Below are positions 1-9,962 of a DNA stretch of 64,000 bases, piece after piece (position 1 is the stretch's first letter; each line of letters begins with the position of its first letter). Source of the stretch: Candidatus Latescibacterota bacterium (GTDB lineage: Bacteria; Latescibacterota; UBA2968). The stretch is from assembly GCA_965204375.1 (NCBI GenBank), contig OZ241986.1, forward strand, positions 5,056,001-5,120,000, written 5' to 3'. Made by a program: the position numbers and the translations under genes. A model generated the notes under the pieces. The model was not told the DNA's origin and made no database searches. It worked only from the letters and a program-made list of their open reading frames with translations.

Positions 1-2766
1 ATGTCCCCAGACCTCTGGGAGCGCATCAGAAAGATCCAGCACCAGATCAACCCCGTGATTCTCAAGCTGCGAACCCATCAACTTCAGACTGCTCTCAATC
101 ACCGCATTCACATCCATCGCCTGGCGCGGCTCCTCGGACACATCGCGCGAGAACACGCGCAAGTGATCGACAGTACCCGCCATCCTGTTGACCACGCCTC
201 GAACATCCTCCATCATCTCCCTCAACTCGTCCGTCTCAAACGGCACGCCCTCCATCAGCCGCAGGGAAATATCCCCAGTAGTTGTCTCGACAGCCGTCAG
301 TGGCTGGTTGAGTTCGTGCGCCACACCCGCAACCATTTGCCCCAGCGACACCAGACGCGCGGACTGCAAAAGCTGCGTCTCGTTAGCAGATGCAAGATCT
401 TCATTTGCTTTCCGCAATCTCCGATCCCTGACAATAATCCGCGAGACCAGAAAGCCCGTGAGAATCACAAACCCCGCAATCAACCCAATAAACCACGGAC
501 GGCGCCACACCAGCGGAACAACATTGAATTGCACCAGCGACGGCACAGGATCTTCATTAAACGCCAGATCGCGCGCTTTAACCTCAATCGTATGCGCCCC
601 CACATCCAGATTCTCAAAAGAACGGACCGTATTCCCGCCATAAGGCGACCACTCCCCGCCATCCAAACGATAGGCGAATTGCAAATCTTCGCGCAATGTG
701 CTTCGCCAGAGATCTGTCCCTGTCCACGCAAAAGTTATCTCTCCATCCTCAGACACTTCATCCGGAGCAAGGGTCATCAGGGTCTCAGGTGGATCGGTCT
801 CTGGCATATATCGGATAGTACGCAGAGTACAGGGTGCTACTATATCCCGAGATTCCGACCGTCTGTGCCAGGCATCTACATCAGATACAGAATTGAGCCA
901 GAGTGTCCCGTCTCGAGACTGGAGAATCGGATCATAAAACTCTGTACGCGGAAAGTCAGGAGGCAAGGCATGTGGTACCCACGTACGCCCATCAAATCGG
1001 CTGACCCCCTCTGCTGTCCCCACCCAGATCGCACCGTCCCGATCCTGAAAAATGCTTCGCACCCTATTGTCCGCCAGCCCGTCTCCGTAATCGAACCGCA
1101 GCCACTCCGTCCCGTCATACCGAAACACCCCATAAGTTCGAGAACCCAACCACAGATCGCCCCGTGGCGTAGTATAAACGGCATCAATAAAATCTTCAAC
1201 CAACACCCCTGGACCCGTGAACGGCACTCTTCGCACCCCATCAAAGCCGAACAACTGCCCCCCAAACCACAAAATCCCATCAGAACTCTGCCCGATCCCA
1301 CGAGCATAATGCGTCATACCCGGAGCAGTGTGATGTGTCCAACTCGTCCCATCGAAAACCACGACCCCACCGAGAAAGCCATATAACCACCAATCCGCAG
1401 CCGCGGCAAACCACAAAGAGCCATCAAACGCTTCATAAACCGAACGCGGATCAACACTCCAGGAAAGCTGGGGATGGCGTTTAAGAATCCATACAGAACC
1501 ATCCAGCCGGGCTGTAGCCGCGACATGCTCATGGCTGCCTGCAGCCCAAAGCGCGCCATCTCGCGTCGCGATAAGCTTACTCGGCGTATCCATCAAGCCA
1601 TCTTCCAGGCCAAACCTCGTCCACCCCTGCTCATCGTAACGCACAACACCGTTATCCTGTGAGATAAACCACTGTGCTCCAGGCGTATCGCACTGAAAGA
1701 TGAGACCCTCATAAGTCTGCGTCTGGTTCTCACTCAAATCCAGACGCACAGCTTCCTCTCCCCTTCCCATAATCCAGAGCGCGCCGTCCGTGGCTTCGTG
1801 GAGTTCCGTGTGATGCGAAGACACGCTCGAATCATAGACGCGCCACGCACCATCCTTATGGGCAATCAAACGGCTACCACCAATCCAGAGCGTCCCATCC
1901 CCACTTTCCACAATAGACGTATAATGGTGATCGCGACCCAGACCACCAATTTCGAGCGCTTCCCACTTCTCGCCATCAAACCGGTTGACGCGCTTGCTAT
2001 TATCGCCATACACGGCCCAAACAACGCCATCTGTTGTCACACAGATCCTCGGATACATCCCCTGATCGATCCCATCTTCCCTACTGAAACGCCGATAGCC
2101 CGATGCAAAATCAAACCGAATCAAATCGCCATAATACGTCCCAAACCAGATCGCTCCGTTGGACCCTTCACACACATCATAAACCATCAACCTTCGATTG
2201 TCCAAAACGCGCTCTGGAACAGCAACAAAAGTCACGGCATCGGATACCATCTCCCGAACATCCGTTGTATCCTCCGCAGCCACATACAGCCTTGCCCCCT
2301 CAAGCGTCAACCTGAGCGCACCCCATTCCGTACCCGCCCACAAGCTCCCATCCTGGGCCTCCATCAAATCATAGGTATTCCATTCTCCCCCCGATGGAAA
2401 TACCCGTTCCCACGTCCCATTCTCAAAACGACTAATACCCCGGTCAGATCCCACATAAACACTTCCATCCCGAGCGACATAAAGCGCGTTGATCTGCGCC
2501 CCAACCATCCCCTCATCAAACGGAAAGAGATGCCAGTTCATCCCGTCGTAGCGATAAATACCATTATCCGTCCCAAATAAAAAATTGCCATCTCCATCCT
2601 GCGCCAAACACGACGCCCCTTGCCCCTTCAATTCTGGAAAAGATCGCCAGCGCCAGGACTCATGCACCGGATCTGCATGACGAGGTGTAAAAGGCTCTGC
2701 CGCAAAACACGCACTCGCGCCCACGAGCATCAGGAGAATCAGACATCTTGCGTATTGATCAATCAT
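1..2766 (-). CDS. Sensor histidine kinase with periplasmic two-component-regulator beta-propeller repeats (3' end outside window)
   Basis: Absent from the ORF track because no stop lies in the window. Manual translation from ATG 2766: signal peptide MIDQYARCLILLMLVGASACFA, propeller repeats (CLAQDGDGNFLFGTDNGIYRYDG; EAFDGSLWF), TM PWFIGLIAGFVILTGFLV, H-box LGQMVAGVAHELNQPL. Frame checked at several points, not at every codon. Confidence 0.9.
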   Translation of the reverse strand, partial: MIDQYARCLILLMLVGASACFAAEPFTPRHADPVHESWRWRSFPELKGQGASCLAQDGDGNFLFGTDNGIYRYDGMNWHLFPFDEGMVGAQINALYVARDGSVYVGSDRGISRFENGTWERVFPSGGEWNTYDLMEAQDGSLWAGTEWGALRLTLEGARLYVAAEDTTDVREMVSDAVTFVAVPERVLDNRRLMVYDVCEGSNGAIWFGTYYGDLIRFDFASGYRRFSREDGIDQGMYPRICVTTDGVVWAVYGDNSKRVNRFDGEKWEALEIGGLGRDHHYTSIVESGDGTLWIGGSRLIAHKDGAWRVYDSSVSSHHTELHEATDGALWIMGRGEEAVRLDLSENQTQTYEGLIFQCDTPGAQWFISQDNGVVRYDEQGWTRFGLEDGLMDTPSKLIATRDGALWAAGSHEHVAATARLDGSVWILKRHPQLSWSVDPRSVYEAFDGSLWFAAAADWWLYGFLGGVVVFDGTSWTHHTAPGMTHYARGIGQSSDGILWFGGQLFGFDGVRRVPFTGPGVLVEDFIDAVYTTPRGDLWLGSRTYGVFRYDGTEWLRFDYGDGLADNRVRSIFQDRDGAIWVGTAEGVSRFDGRTWVPHALPPDFPRTEFYDPILQSRDGTLWLNSVSDVDAWHRRSESRDIVAPCTLRTIRYMPETDPPETLMTLAPDEVSEDGEITFAWTGTDLWRSTLREDLQFAYRLDGGEWSPYGGNTVRSFENLDVGAHTIEVKARDLAFNEDPVPSLVQFNVVPLVWRRPWFIGLIAGFVILTGFLVSRIIVRDRRLRKANEDLASANETQLLQSARLVSLGQMVAGVAHELNQPLTAVETTTGDISLRLMEGVPFETDELREMMEDVRGVVNRMAGTVDHLRVFSRDVSEEPRQAMDVNAVIESSLKLMGSQLENHGVDLVLDLSDALPEVWGH

Positions 2767-3476
2767 CTCAACGAATTTGAAGCGTATGACTTTCTCCTCG
2801 AAAACGGAATAAACAGCACGTAAAATAACACCAGCGCCATGCTATCGAGGAAAAGGAGATACCACGGCCAGGGCAAAAAGAAAAAAGGCGATTTTGTAAT
2901 GGGTGGTTGGCAGAGGAACATATAATTACTCCCCAGCATCAAATTGACGCCAATCAAAACAACAGCCAGAACATTCAGCAAAACAAAAACGCGCAAAACC
3001 GATCTCGCTGTCGGCCGCATGCCCAGGCCCCATGTGGCGAACAGCGCAGCAGCGACAATACCGCCATGCGCGATAAAATATTGAAAAAAGCGATACTGCG
3101 GAAAGCCGAACTCAAGCTGCGGCGTCACAACCGCATTCGTCGCGCCCACAAGCCCCCAGAAATACGCGATCTCATAAGCTGTCTGCCGCCGAAAAACGAG
3201 CATAACCACAACGGCAAAAACAGTAATACCGCACACATGCAACGGCATATACTCCCGCACGAACTCGTGCACCCCAACCGTCGCTATGCGATGGCTCCAG
3301 TTCAGCACCTCGTTGACCGCAATCACCCCTGCAAACCCATAGCAGATCGCCTGGATCGCCTTCGCCGAATCCAGCCACTTAACAACAAGCGTCAAAACAA
3401 TCGGCACGGCGAGAATGACGCCCATCGCGGCGATGTGGGCAAAACCAAAAAATTCAAACTGGCTTGAAGGCATCAT
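2763..3476 (-). CDS. YwaF/TMEM164 (TIGR02206) family integral membrane protein
   Basis: Motifs MPLHVC, YFWG, QYFIAHG, NYMFL, PWPWY; multiple TM helices; ATGA overlap with the kinase start. Confidence 0.8.
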   Translation of the reverse strand: MMPSSQFEFFGFAHIAAMGVILAVPIVLTLVVKWLDSAKAIQAICYGFAGVIAVNEVLNWSHRIATVGVHEFVREYMPLHVCGITVFAVVVMLVFRRQTAYEIAYFWGLVGATNAVVTPQLEFGFPQYRFFQYFIAHGGIVAAALFATWGLGMRPTARSVLRVFVLLNVLAVVLIGVNLMLGSNYMFLCQPPITKSPFFFLPWPWYLLFLDSMALVLFYVLFIPFSRRKSYASNSLR

Positions 3477-3488
3477 TTCTCCATCTAT

Positions 3489-4306
3489 CTATTTCACATT
3501 CACAGTCACCCGGTTATTCACCCGCGTAATCTCTTCCAATTTTTCCTCGGGATCGAGAACCACGGTAACAGCATCCGGCATATCAGAACCCATCGAAAAC
3601 GCGACTGCCCGGGTCACATCCCCTGTGTACATCGCCAGCAAATGCTCAGCCCCTCGCACAAACACGCGATCCGTACAAAATCGGGATCAACCGGCTCTAA
3701 ACGACCACCCACCCGTTGAAACAAATGGGGATAGCTGAGGCGCAACGCCACGCACATCAACCCCACCCGCTGCGACTCATAGAGCTTGCCACTGCCCACA
3801 CCCTCAACGCGAATCAGCACAGAATCTCCCGACACAGACACCGGAAAACGCAACAGTGCCGGTGGCGTTTGATCCCACCCCCTCTGGCGCATCGGGTTAT
3901 CCCTGGTACGCGCCGCAAAAACGCCATTCACATAAACCTGTAGCGACCGCGCATCCGGACCATCGGGCACACCGACTTCAGCCATATAATACCCCGCTGG
4001 CACATCCACTCGAAACACCAGCCCCTCTCGCGCATAGTCTCGACGCCCGTAACGCCCACCAACACCATCCGTCAACAACGCGCCAAACCGGGAAAACGCC
4101 TGGTCAACTTCAACCGAACCGGAAACCCGCGAGATAAACCCATACCCGCGTTCGGCTGTATAAACATCCTCTGGCGTCACCCTTATATAGCCCGATACCA
4201 CCTTTGAATCTGCAGCACCCATATCGAACAAATAGTTCTTCAACTCATCGGCACTCGCCAAACCTGTCCCGATCACAATACCTGTAAACAGAATTAAAAT
4301 CCACAT
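3489..4306 (-). pseudogene. Secreted carbohydrate-binding protein remnant: galactose-binding-like N-terminus plus out-of-frame CARDB-like C-terminus
   Basis: ORF 3614-4306 has a signal peptide and FDMG..GYIRVTPEDVYTAERGYGF, then turns aberrant after VDPDFV. A second frame from ~3674 reads TDRVFVRG...VTVVLDPEEKLEEITRVNNRVTVNVK* (stop 3489-3491). Confidence 0.6.
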
Positions 4307-4374
4307 ATATTACCTCTGTTAAACTGAGTGTTTAAGCCCCTTTTCTTCAAAATATGAAAAAATTGAACAATCAT

Positions 4375-4401
4375 TAAAACTTTTCGCCCCAACCAAACGT
4401 C
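4375..4401 (+). promoter_or_regulatory. Putative ECF sigma-dependent promoter (AAC-N17-CGTC)
   Basis: TAAAAC-17 nt-CGTC about 45 nt upstream of the ECF sigma gene; typical autoregulatory arrangement. Confidence 0.5.
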
Positions 4402-4446
4402 TTGAAAGGTGAACATCACACAAAACCCCAACACGGTCTCTCATTG

Positions 4447-5007
4447 ATGAACGATGCGGAATTGATTGCCCAGTTCCGAGCCGGGCAAATCGCGGCCTTT
4501 AACACCCTGGTCAAACGCTGGGAGTGCCCGATCTACAACTTTGTCCTGCGCTATGTGGGCAATCGAGACGACGCGCGCGACCTGTGTCAGCAAACCTTTA
4601 TTCGCGTGTACAAAAACATGCGGCGTCTGCGCGACCCCGACAAATTCACTTCCTGGATCTATCAAATCGCGCTCAACGCCTGCCGAGATGCTGGCCGCCG
4701 TCGCAGCCTCGTCTCCCTCGACACACTCGACATCCCCATAGCAGACACAACATCTCCCCCAGACGCGCTGATACACGAACAAAGCGTTCGGGACTTGCTC
4801 AACCGCGCACTGCAAAATCTGCCTGAGGAACAGCGCGTCGTCATCATCATGAAAGAATATCAGGGACTCAAATTCACCGAAATTGCCGAAACACTCAAAG
4901 TGCCCCTCAACACCGTCAAATCCAGAATGTATTACGGCCTCTCTGCCCTGAAGAAAATTTTTGACCGCTGGCACATCAGCGAGGACATGGTGCGTTATGA
5001 ACTGTGA
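4447..5007 (+). CDS. ECF (sigma-70 group 4) RNA polymerase sigma factor
   Basis: Region 2 (DARDLCQQTFIRVY, FTSWIYQIALN) and region 4 (EIAETLKVPLNTVKSRMYYG). Confidence 0.93.
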   Translation: MNDAELIAQFRAGQIAAFNTLVKRWECPIYNFVLRYVGNRDDARDLCQQTFIRVYKNMRRLRDPDKFTSWIYQIALNACRDAGRRRSLVSLDTLDIPIADTTSPPDALIHEQSVRDLLNRALQNLPEEQRVVIIMKEYQGLKFTEIAETLKVPLNTVKSRMYYGLSALKKIFDRWHISEDMVRYEL

Positions 5008-5752
5008 CATCACCCGCGAACAACTCATCGCCTACCTCTACGACGAAGACATCCGTCCAAACGAGCGTGAACGCCTCAAAGTTCACATCGAAACCTGCCC
5101 GTCATGCAGCCAAACCCTTGAAGAACTGGGCAGCACATCCCGCATCCTCAATGCCTGGGGCGACGAAAAACCCAGCCTGGATCTCGTCTTCGTACAGGAG
5201 CGCCAACCCCTCTGGCAAAACCTGCTTCCCACGCGATATCCCAAAACCTGGGTGGGCGTAGCCATTGCCGCAATCCTCATCTTCACTTTTCTCAACATCG
5301 AATTTGCCATACGAGACGGCGCATTCCACGCCGCCATTGGCCTGCGGTCCAGTGATCCACCTGAACAAATCGCCATCGCCGACACCTCTGAAGTCATCTC
5401 ATTGGACGCCCCCATCACGCGCGGTGAATTTATCATCCATCAACAAAATCTGATCGACTACACCAATCGCCTCGTCCAAACATCGCAAAACCAGCAGCGC
5501 GCTGAAGTCAACAACACCTTCATCCGCCTCGTAGGCGAACTCGAAACCCAGCGCCAACAGGACCTCTTGCGCATTGACCGCGGGCTACAGATCCTCTACA
5601 ACGCGCAGGAAAACCGCTATGGACATATCCTGACACAGATGGACTCTGTTAAAAAACAACTGTTCTTCTATGATAACGCAGCTGAAGTTCTCATCGTACC
5701 TGAAGATAACCGACCATACCGCACGATTCCCACAGGAAGAAAAACCCCATGA
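4997..5752 (+). CDS. Zinc-binding anti-sigma factor (zf-HC2) with TM helix
   Basis: MNC...HIETCPSC (HxxxCxxC), TM WVGVAIAAILIFTFL; overlaps the sigma gene. Confidence 0.85.
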   Translation: MNCDITREQLIAYLYDEDIRPNERERLKVHIETCPSCSQTLEELGSTSRILNAWGDEKPSLDLVFVQERQPLWQNLLPTRYPKTWVGVAIAAILIFTFLNIEFAIRDGAFHAAIGLRSSDPPEQIAIADTSEVISLDAPITRGEFIIHQQNLIDYTNRLVQTSQNQQRAEVNNTFIRLVGELETQRQQDLLRIDRGLQILYNAQENRYGHILTQMDSVKKQLFFYDNAAEVLIVPEDNRPYRTIPTGRKTP

Positions 5753-6105
5753 AGCGCAAACTCAAAAAACTCACAGTATTGATGACAGCGCCGATCATGC
5801 TATCCCTCGTCTGGAATATTCACGCATCTGACAAAACGCTATCATCGGACACACGGGTAAAAATCGCGCAACCCGATACAATATCAGTGCCTCATACGAC
5901 ACAACTCGATTCCTTAGCCAGGATAATCTCCGATTCTATGCGCGTGAGAATTCTTATCTCAGAACGCCATAACCCCAACACCCGCGACCTGCTTCTCCGG
6001 CCGGCTGACAAAGCCATCTACACCACAAGCGACCTGCTTTTAAGACCCAATGACAACATAAATTCTATATTTATCTTGCACCATACCATGCCTGTACAAC
6101 ACTAA
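5749..6105 (+). CDS. Small exported hypothetical protein
   Basis: ATGA coupling, signal-like N-terminus, internal duplication DLLLRPADK/DLLLRPNDN. Confidence 0.6.
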   Translation: MKRKLKKLTVLMTAPIMLSLVWNIHASDKTLSSDTRVKIAQPDTISVPHTTQLDSLARIISDSMRVRILISERHNPNTRDLLLRPADKAIYTTSDLLLRPNDNINSIFILHHTMPVQH

Positions 6106-6119
6106 AAGGAGATATTTCA

Positions 6120-7337
6120 ATGTATAACCCTCATCTACTGAAAATCGCAATAATTATTCAGATATTTGCTACAAGTGTAATAGCGCAAGAGAGCACGACT
6201 AATCAGGCTAAAGTTTTAGTTATGAATGTAATGGGAAAGGAAAGCCTGATTGGGCAGACTGCTCCAAAATTGAACATTGAAAAATATCTGCAAGCACCAG
6301 AAGGTGAAAAAAGTTTATCCACATTAAAGGGCAACGTTGTCGTCCTGGAATTTTGGGCAACCTGGTGCGCCCCCTGTGTGGCAGCAATCCCACACCTGAA
6401 CCAGTTAAGCGAGGAATTTCGCGATAAGCAAGTGCAATTTATCTCAATAACAGATGAAGGTGAAGACGTAATTGCGCCATTTCTGAAACGGCAAGAAATG
6501 AAATCGTGGATTGGACTGGACACGGATCGGTCGGCTTTCGAAGCTTATGGTGTTAAAGGAATCCCACGGACATTTTTGATCAATCAAAAAGGCATCATCG
6601 CCGCATCGCTTCACCCAGTCGGGCTTTCATCTGACACAATCGAAAAGGTCATCAAGGGAGAAAAAATAGAGCGTCCCAAATTGCCAAAACCAAAAACTGT
6701 CGAAAACGAAGGCACCGATCCCATCTTCAAAATTTTGATCGCACCTACAGAAAAGAGAAAGTGGCCGTCATTCAGTACAGGTAGCTCAAAAGGATATAGA
6801 AAGTTGGACGCAGAGGGCATTACATTGCACCAGGCTTTAAGCTCGGCTTACGATGTCCCTAAAACGCGGATTATAGGTCCAGAAGCACTTTTAGACTCGT
6901 GGTACACAATTTCAGCCAAATTGCCGAGAAATCAATTCGATTTGCTATTCCAACAAGCGTTGACAACATCGCTACAGTTGCGCGTGTCCAACGAAAAAAA
7001 ATCTGTTGAAGTCCTCGTACTCACGGCTGGAGAAGACAGCGCAGAAAAGTTGAAACCCTCAGTAATGGGTTCAGGGGGATCTATGACAAGCGGTGGACGT
7101 GGTAAGATAAAGACAATCAACGGTGAAATCAGTATGCTGGCAAACTCATTGGAGTCCGTTTTAGAGCGTATCGTAGAGGATGGTACTGGGATAGAAGGAA
7201 AATACGATTGGGAAATCACCTATGAAGAAGACGATCCCAATTCCGTGCTCACGGCTCTGAAAGAACAACTCGGTTTGCGAATTCGAAAAGAACAGCGGGA
7301 AATTGAATTCCTGGTTGTAAATGATGCCAATAATTGA
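6120..7337 (+). CDS. TlpA/redoxin domain fused to TIGR03435 (DUF3738)-like domain
   Basis: RBS AGGAG, signal peptide, EFWATWCAPC, C-terminal VEDGTGIEGKYD...ALKEQLGL. Confidence 0.8.
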   Translation: MYNPHLLKIAIIIQIFATSVIAQESTTNQAKVLVMNVMGKESLIGQTAPKLNIEKYLQAPEGEKSLSTLKGNVVVLEFWATWCAPCVAAIPHLNQLSEEFRDKQVQFISITDEGEDVIAPFLKRQEMKSWIGLDTDRSAFEAYGVKGIPRTFLINQKGIIAASLHPVGLSSDTIEKVIKGEKIERPKLPKPKTVENEGTDPIFKILIAPTEKRKWPSFSTGSSKGYRKLDAEGITLHQALSSAYDVPKTRIIGPEALLDSWYTISAKLPRNQFDLLFQQALTTSLQLRVSNEKKSVEVLVLTAGEDSAEKLKPSVMGSGGSMTSGGRGKIKTINGEISMLANSLESVLERIVEDGTGIEGKYDWEITYEEDDPNSVLTALKEQLGLRIRKEQREIEFLVVNDANN

Positions 7338-7371
7338 TTCAGGTATCCCCCAAACGGAAGGAGAAATCAAA

Positions 7372-8598
7372 ATGAGACATATAAAGAAAAAAATCGCGCA
7401 AACCGTCCTCTTTGCGGGAATAGCTCTCTTTACATTTTGCACTTCGACCTTTGCGGATATGGACTGGAAACGCATGAAACGCGACCTCGCCATTCAGGAA
7501 AGCATACTCGACCAATTTTTTGACGAAAAAAATGTTTCCACAACAGGTCTTTACATCGAAAACCACGGCGTTTTGCTCATTGCCAGCGGTGGGATAAAAT
7601 ACGGTGAAATAAATAGGCTTCAAGTGCAGGTAATCCGTAAAGGCGAAAGCAGTGACATTGCTACACCCGCTAAATCCGCCAGGGGTGTTTGGCGAATACA
7701 GAAGAGTAGAGGCGACAAAAGCAGTGAAAATGAAGAGGAAACAATCTTCAAATTTTCCATGTTCGCAAAGAAACCAGAAGCCTCTAAAAGTCAAAATGAA
7801 GCCATAGAAAAACAAATCACTGAATTTTTAGGCCTCTATGGAAATGCCATTGGACAACTCAAAGATGACGATCGCGTAACCGTTCTCTTGAACTCATCAG
7901 AACGTGACTTCCACAGCTTTCTATCTCCATCCATAGAATTTATCGCCTCCATCCAATCCGACTCAATACGCATCAAAAAACACGTAATGGAAACTTTTAA
8001 AAAATCTGAAAGCTTCAAAAACCTGGCGTTCAAAATTACCCGTGTCCTCCTTGAAGCCACCGTCATCAAACGCGATATCGAAGCATACAACCGGGGGAAA
8101 ATTGACGAACAAACCTTCCGTGATCGAATCACCTTTCGCGAGCACGAACCAGAGCGTGTACGCAGCAACTCAATCGACATGATGGCCGACATTTTGACCA
8201 ATACACTCAAAAAGGATACGGATCTCCGCTTTCTGAGTGGCACCAAAAGCACGGGTCTCTATCAAAAGGGCATAGGCGCACTCTTTCTCGTCTCGCAAAA
8301 GGCCGATCCGTTACACCTCGAAACCAGGAACACCGACGCATTCAAAGCCGAGGTCCTGGCAACTCTCGCCTACTACAGTGCAACTCTGCGCGGCTTATCA
8401 TCAGAGGAATCCATCATCGTTCACACCAACCTCATCGGACAGAGCCACTTCAAAATCGGTCACAAAGACAAAACAACCGATATAAAACTTCCCAGTCGCA
8501 TCCTCTTTCGCGTTGCCCAAAGCGACATTGAAGCCTACGCCAGTCAAAAAATCGACCTCGACATATTGAAAAAAAGAGTTGTAGTTACTGAAATGTGA
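7372..8598 (+). CDS. Exported hypothetical protein of the ECF operon
   Basis: RBS GGAG, signal peptide, two internally similar halves (TGLYIENHGVLL / TGLYQKGIGALF). Confidence 0.7.
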   Translation: MRHIKKKIAQTVLFAGIALFTFCTSTFADMDWKRMKRDLAIQESILDQFFDEKNVSTTGLYIENHGVLLIASGGIKYGEINRLQVQVIRKGESSDIATPAKSARGVWRIQKSRGDKSSENEEETIFKFSMFAKKPEASKSQNEAIEKQITEFLGLYGNAIGQLKDDDRVTVLLNSSERDFHSFLSPSIEFIASIQSDSIRIKKHVMETFKKSESFKNLAFKITRVLLEATVIKRDIEAYNRGKIDEQTFRDRITFREHEPERVRSNSIDMMADILTNTLKKDTDLRFLSGTKSTGLYQKGIGALFLVSQKADPLHLETRNTDAFKAEVLATLAYYSATLRGLSSEESIIVHTNLIGQSHFKIGHKDKTTDIKLPSRILFRVAQSDIEAYASQKIDLDILKKRVVVTEM

Positions 8599-8622
8599 GA
8601 CACAAGATTGTGAGACAAAGGA

Positions 8623-8662
8623 AAAAATCCCACCCTGAATACAGGATGGGATTTTTTTATTT
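8623..8662. terminator. Bidirectional intrinsic terminator, copy 1 of a 40-bp direct repeat
   Basis: AAAAATCCCA-CCCTGAATACAGGA-TGGGATTTTTTT; identical copy at 9910-9949. Confidence 0.85.
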
Positions 8663-8723
8663 TCAGCAGCAAATTTCCTGTCACTTTCGTATATAATTCC
8701 CCTTTATTTCAATTCGCAGTGCT

Positions 8724-9146
8724 CTAACTTTTCTCTCTGCTTTGTGTTTGTAAATCATCATTGTATTGATTGAGATATTCTTTACCCGATGGGGTTATTT
8801 TTAGCCAGGATCGTTTATACTCCCGTTTCATATCTTCAAAAGAATATAAATGACCTGAATTTCTTAACTCACTGATCATATTTTGTAAATGTTCATTCTT
8901 TGTGTCCTCTACAGTGCCGAGAATCCTCCTTATTATCGGCAAAACATGAGATTCAGGCACTCCTTCTTCATACAATTTCACTACACCTAAAATAACTTTC
9001 TTTTCTTCTGGATTTGGAGACTGAGGAGATACATATTCAAGAGCGATCTCTGGATATTCTTCAGAAAGCCTGTCCAGAATATCCTGACGTCCTTCATTAT
9101 ATTCTGTCTCATAGTATTCCTCTAATACACTTTGCCAGCGTCCCAT
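8724..9146 (-). CDS. Hypothetical protein with possible C-terminal winged helix (AT-rich islet)
   Basis: 140 aa; ISELRNSGHL...WLKITPSGKEYL resembles a wHTH wing; TAATG-coupled to the upstream ORF. Confidence 0.6.
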   Translation of the reverse strand: MGRWQSVLEEYYETEYNEGRQDILDRLSEEYPEIALEYVSPQSPNPEEKKVILGVVKLYEEGVPESHVLPIIRRILGTVEDTKNEHLQNMISELRNSGHLYSFEDMKREYKRSWLKITPSGKEYLNQYNDDLQTQSREKS

Positions 9147-9556
9147 TATAATTCCCCTTTCAAATTATCACTTAAACGGTTGAGCGTCTCTGGAGGTTGT
9201 TGTGCAAGCCAGTCAAGAATTTCTTTTTTATGTTTTTTCTCGGCTTTTCTCTCACGATGCCTTGCTAACGCAAGTTTTACACGTCCGCGAGCTTCTTTTA
9301 TTTCAAAACCAAGAAAAGTTAGTGTAAACGCAAAAAGACCAGTGGGTACAAAAGCCTGTGCTATACCAACAAATGCGGTTAAAGTAAAACCATTATTTTT
9401 ATGACAAATGTGATACCAACACAACAATCCAAATCCCACAAGAAAAACAAGAGAAAACCAAAATGAAAAATCTAACCTATCCTTCTTATCTATACTCCAA
9501 AAGGATTCTCTTTCTTTTTTACTTTCACTTCCAAGTGGCTGTGGATCAATTGACAT
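9146..9556 (-). CDS. Small two-TM membrane protein (AT-rich islet)
   Basis: Two hydrophobic segments followed by a charged tail. Confidence 0.6.
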   Translation of the reverse strand: MSIDPQPLGSESKKERESFWSIDKKDRLDFSFWFSLVFLVGFGLLCWYHICHKNNGFTLTAFVGIAQAFVPTGLFAFTLTFLGFEIKEARGRVKLALARHRERKAEKKHKKEILDWLAQQPPETLNRLSDNLKGEL

Positions 9557-9777
9557 ATTACGCTTCTTTATCTCATACCTTGAATTTTTCCGTCTGTTCT
9601 TTGCAAACTTCTGGTGTTATTAGTAAGGCAAGTACAACATTTGATATGTGTTGGCTGTTGTATTCAGCAGAGCGGGTCTTGTCCAACAAGTGACAAGGAA
9701 AATATACGAAAAAAATACTTGACAGCAATCCAAAAAATCTGAATCTGGCACTTTTTTTATTTGACTTTCTTATACTT

Positions 9778-9801
9778 GCACAACTGCGATAGCAGTTCAT
9801 C
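9778..9801 (-). repeat. Dispersed palindrome GATGAACTG..CAGTTGT(A/G)C, copy a
   Basis: GATGAACTGC-TATC-GCAGTTGTGC; related copies at 39364, 39902, 39987 and 49806. Confidence 0.7.
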
Positions 9802-9830
9802 TTCTACCACCTATTACCTTCAGGGGTAAA

Positions 9831-9868
9831 AGATGCTTCGTCAGCCTGACGGCTTCCTCAGCATGACA
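9831..9868 (+). repeat. REP-like element
   Basis: AGATGCTTCG-TCAGCCTGACGG-CTTCCTCAGCATGACA, the GAT(G/C)CTTCG...CTCAG(C/G)ATGACA architecture of REP-like repeats. Confidence 0.5.
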
Positions 9869-9909
9869 GAAACGCGAGACATGCGTAACGTCAGCTATTA
9901 AGACAAAAC

Positions 9910-9949
9910 AAAAATCCCACCCTGAATACAGGATGGGATTTTTTTATTT
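9910..9949. terminator. Bidirectional intrinsic terminator, copy 2 of a 40-bp direct repeat
   Basis: Identical to 8623-8662; lies just after the yceI stop. Confidence 0.85.
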
Positions 9950-9962
9950 CAACTTGATCAAC

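Noticed and set aside
1-2580. Long plus-strand ORFs 1-1386 and 1798-2580
   Set aside because: Antisense shadows of the minus-strand histidine kinase.
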